Assembly: GCA_036172245.1 (NCBI GenBank)
Contig: JAYWIR010000037.1
Location: 1,240,001 to 1,304,000, forward strand
Direction of reading: 5' to 3'
Source: Raillietiella orientalis
Lineage: Eukaryota
Length of the DNA stretch: 64,000 nt
The notes under the pieces were generated by a model. The model did not search any database and was not told the origin of the DNA. It worked only from the letters and a program-made list of their open reading frames with translations. Both the position numbers and the translations under genes were made by a program. Positions 63,325 to 64,000 of the stretch are shown in pieces; the first letter of the stretch is position 1, and the number at the start of each line of letters is the position of its first letter.

Positions 63325-63975
63325 ATGAATGAATCACAAAAAAATCAAAAAGAATATTTAAATCAAATTAAAAACAACGAAATAGCGCTTAAAAATGATG
63401 AAAAACAAATCAAAAAATTGAATGCAGAATTATCGCAATCACAAAAGAAATTTAATGCAATTCCGCGAGAAATTGAATTTTCCAATTTAACAACTGATAA
63501 ACTTGACCGTTATATAATTAATTTTAATAGTGATCTAAAAGAAACTAATAAACAGCTGACTGAAATAAATGGCGATAAGTCTATTGAACTTTGCGACAAG
63601 TTATCAGATGTAGGTAAAAAATCAAGCACTTATATTACATTGCCTTTAACTGGTATTAAGATTGTTTTAGGAAAAATAACAAAAGATACGATTTTATTTG
63701 CTGAAGAATTAAATAAAACAGCACAAAAAATTAATATTTCAAGTGATAATTTACAAAAATTTAGATTTATTGCTAAAAAAATTGATGCATTTCAACGATT
63801 AGGAATTAATATCAAAATCCTGGTGGAGAATTAAAAAATAGTGAAAGTATTTCTTAGAAGTAAAAAATGCATTATCTCAAATAACAAGTGAAACAGAAAA
63901 AAGTAACATTATTTTTAAAATTTTTGATTATAAGTTAGGTAGTCAAATTGCTCTATTATTATTTAAAAAATAGTT
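63325..63975 (+). pseudogene. Phage tail tape-measure protein fragment
   Basis: ORF 63325..63834: DKLSDVGKKSSTYITLPLTG, AEELNKTAQKINISSDNLQKFRF, DAFQRLGINIK; continues after frameshifts as GGELKNSESI/FLEVKNALSQITSETEK..IF..KLG, typical of siphophage tape-measure proteins. Confidence 0.75.
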
Positions 63976-64000
63976 CGGAAACAATAAATATAACTAATAA

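Larger units (their letters stand above)
60660..64000. other. Very AT-rich bacterial-derived mosaic using genetic code 4 (TGA=Trp), Mollicute-like; runs off the window end
   Basis: Abrupt composition shift. Several frames are interrupted only by TGA in Trp-like contexts: GGLD-W-EIV (61728), RLE-W-DPN (61533), AFH-W-IAN (61058), KIE-W-LVG (62218), IEK-W-IKE (62380), LEK-W-KVE. Confidence 0.75.

Noticed and set aside
1..64000. CRISPR array or repeat-spacer structure separating the captured fragments
   Set aside because: No recurring direct repeat between blocks and no cas-like ORF; any CRISPR analogy is functional only.

Overview
This is eukaryotic, most likely arthropod, genomic DNA with no intact protein-coding gene that I can support. 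Most ORF-track entries are chance ORFs or short open stretches inside decayed sequence. Translating across stops and frameshifts shows a nearly wall-to-wall mosaic of decayed foreign sequence. (1) About 13 remnants of the L polymerase of non-segmented negative-strand RNA viruses (Mononegavirales/Jingchuvirales-like; RdRp, PRNTase capping and methyltransferase motifs in the expected order). (2) Orthomyxovirus-like remnants: two PB1, two PB2, and one to three NP. (3) Six L1/Tx1-clade LINE remnants plus R2/R4-superfamily, CR1/L2-like and Ty3/Gypsy pieces. (4) A scrambled Wolbachia phage-WO gpW/TPR insert. (5) An intronless Dock/Nck host-gene pseudogene. (6) A terminal very AT-rich mosaic of genes that read through TGA (Mollicute-type genetic code 4), including phage tail-fibre and tape-measure fragments. 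The best interpretation, which is inference, is a piRNA-cluster-like archive that has repeatedly captured RNA-virus, endosymbiont, phage and host-mRNA fragments. All family assignments come from manual motif recognition in degraded frames, with no database search. Boundaries are approximate (about 100-200 nt).
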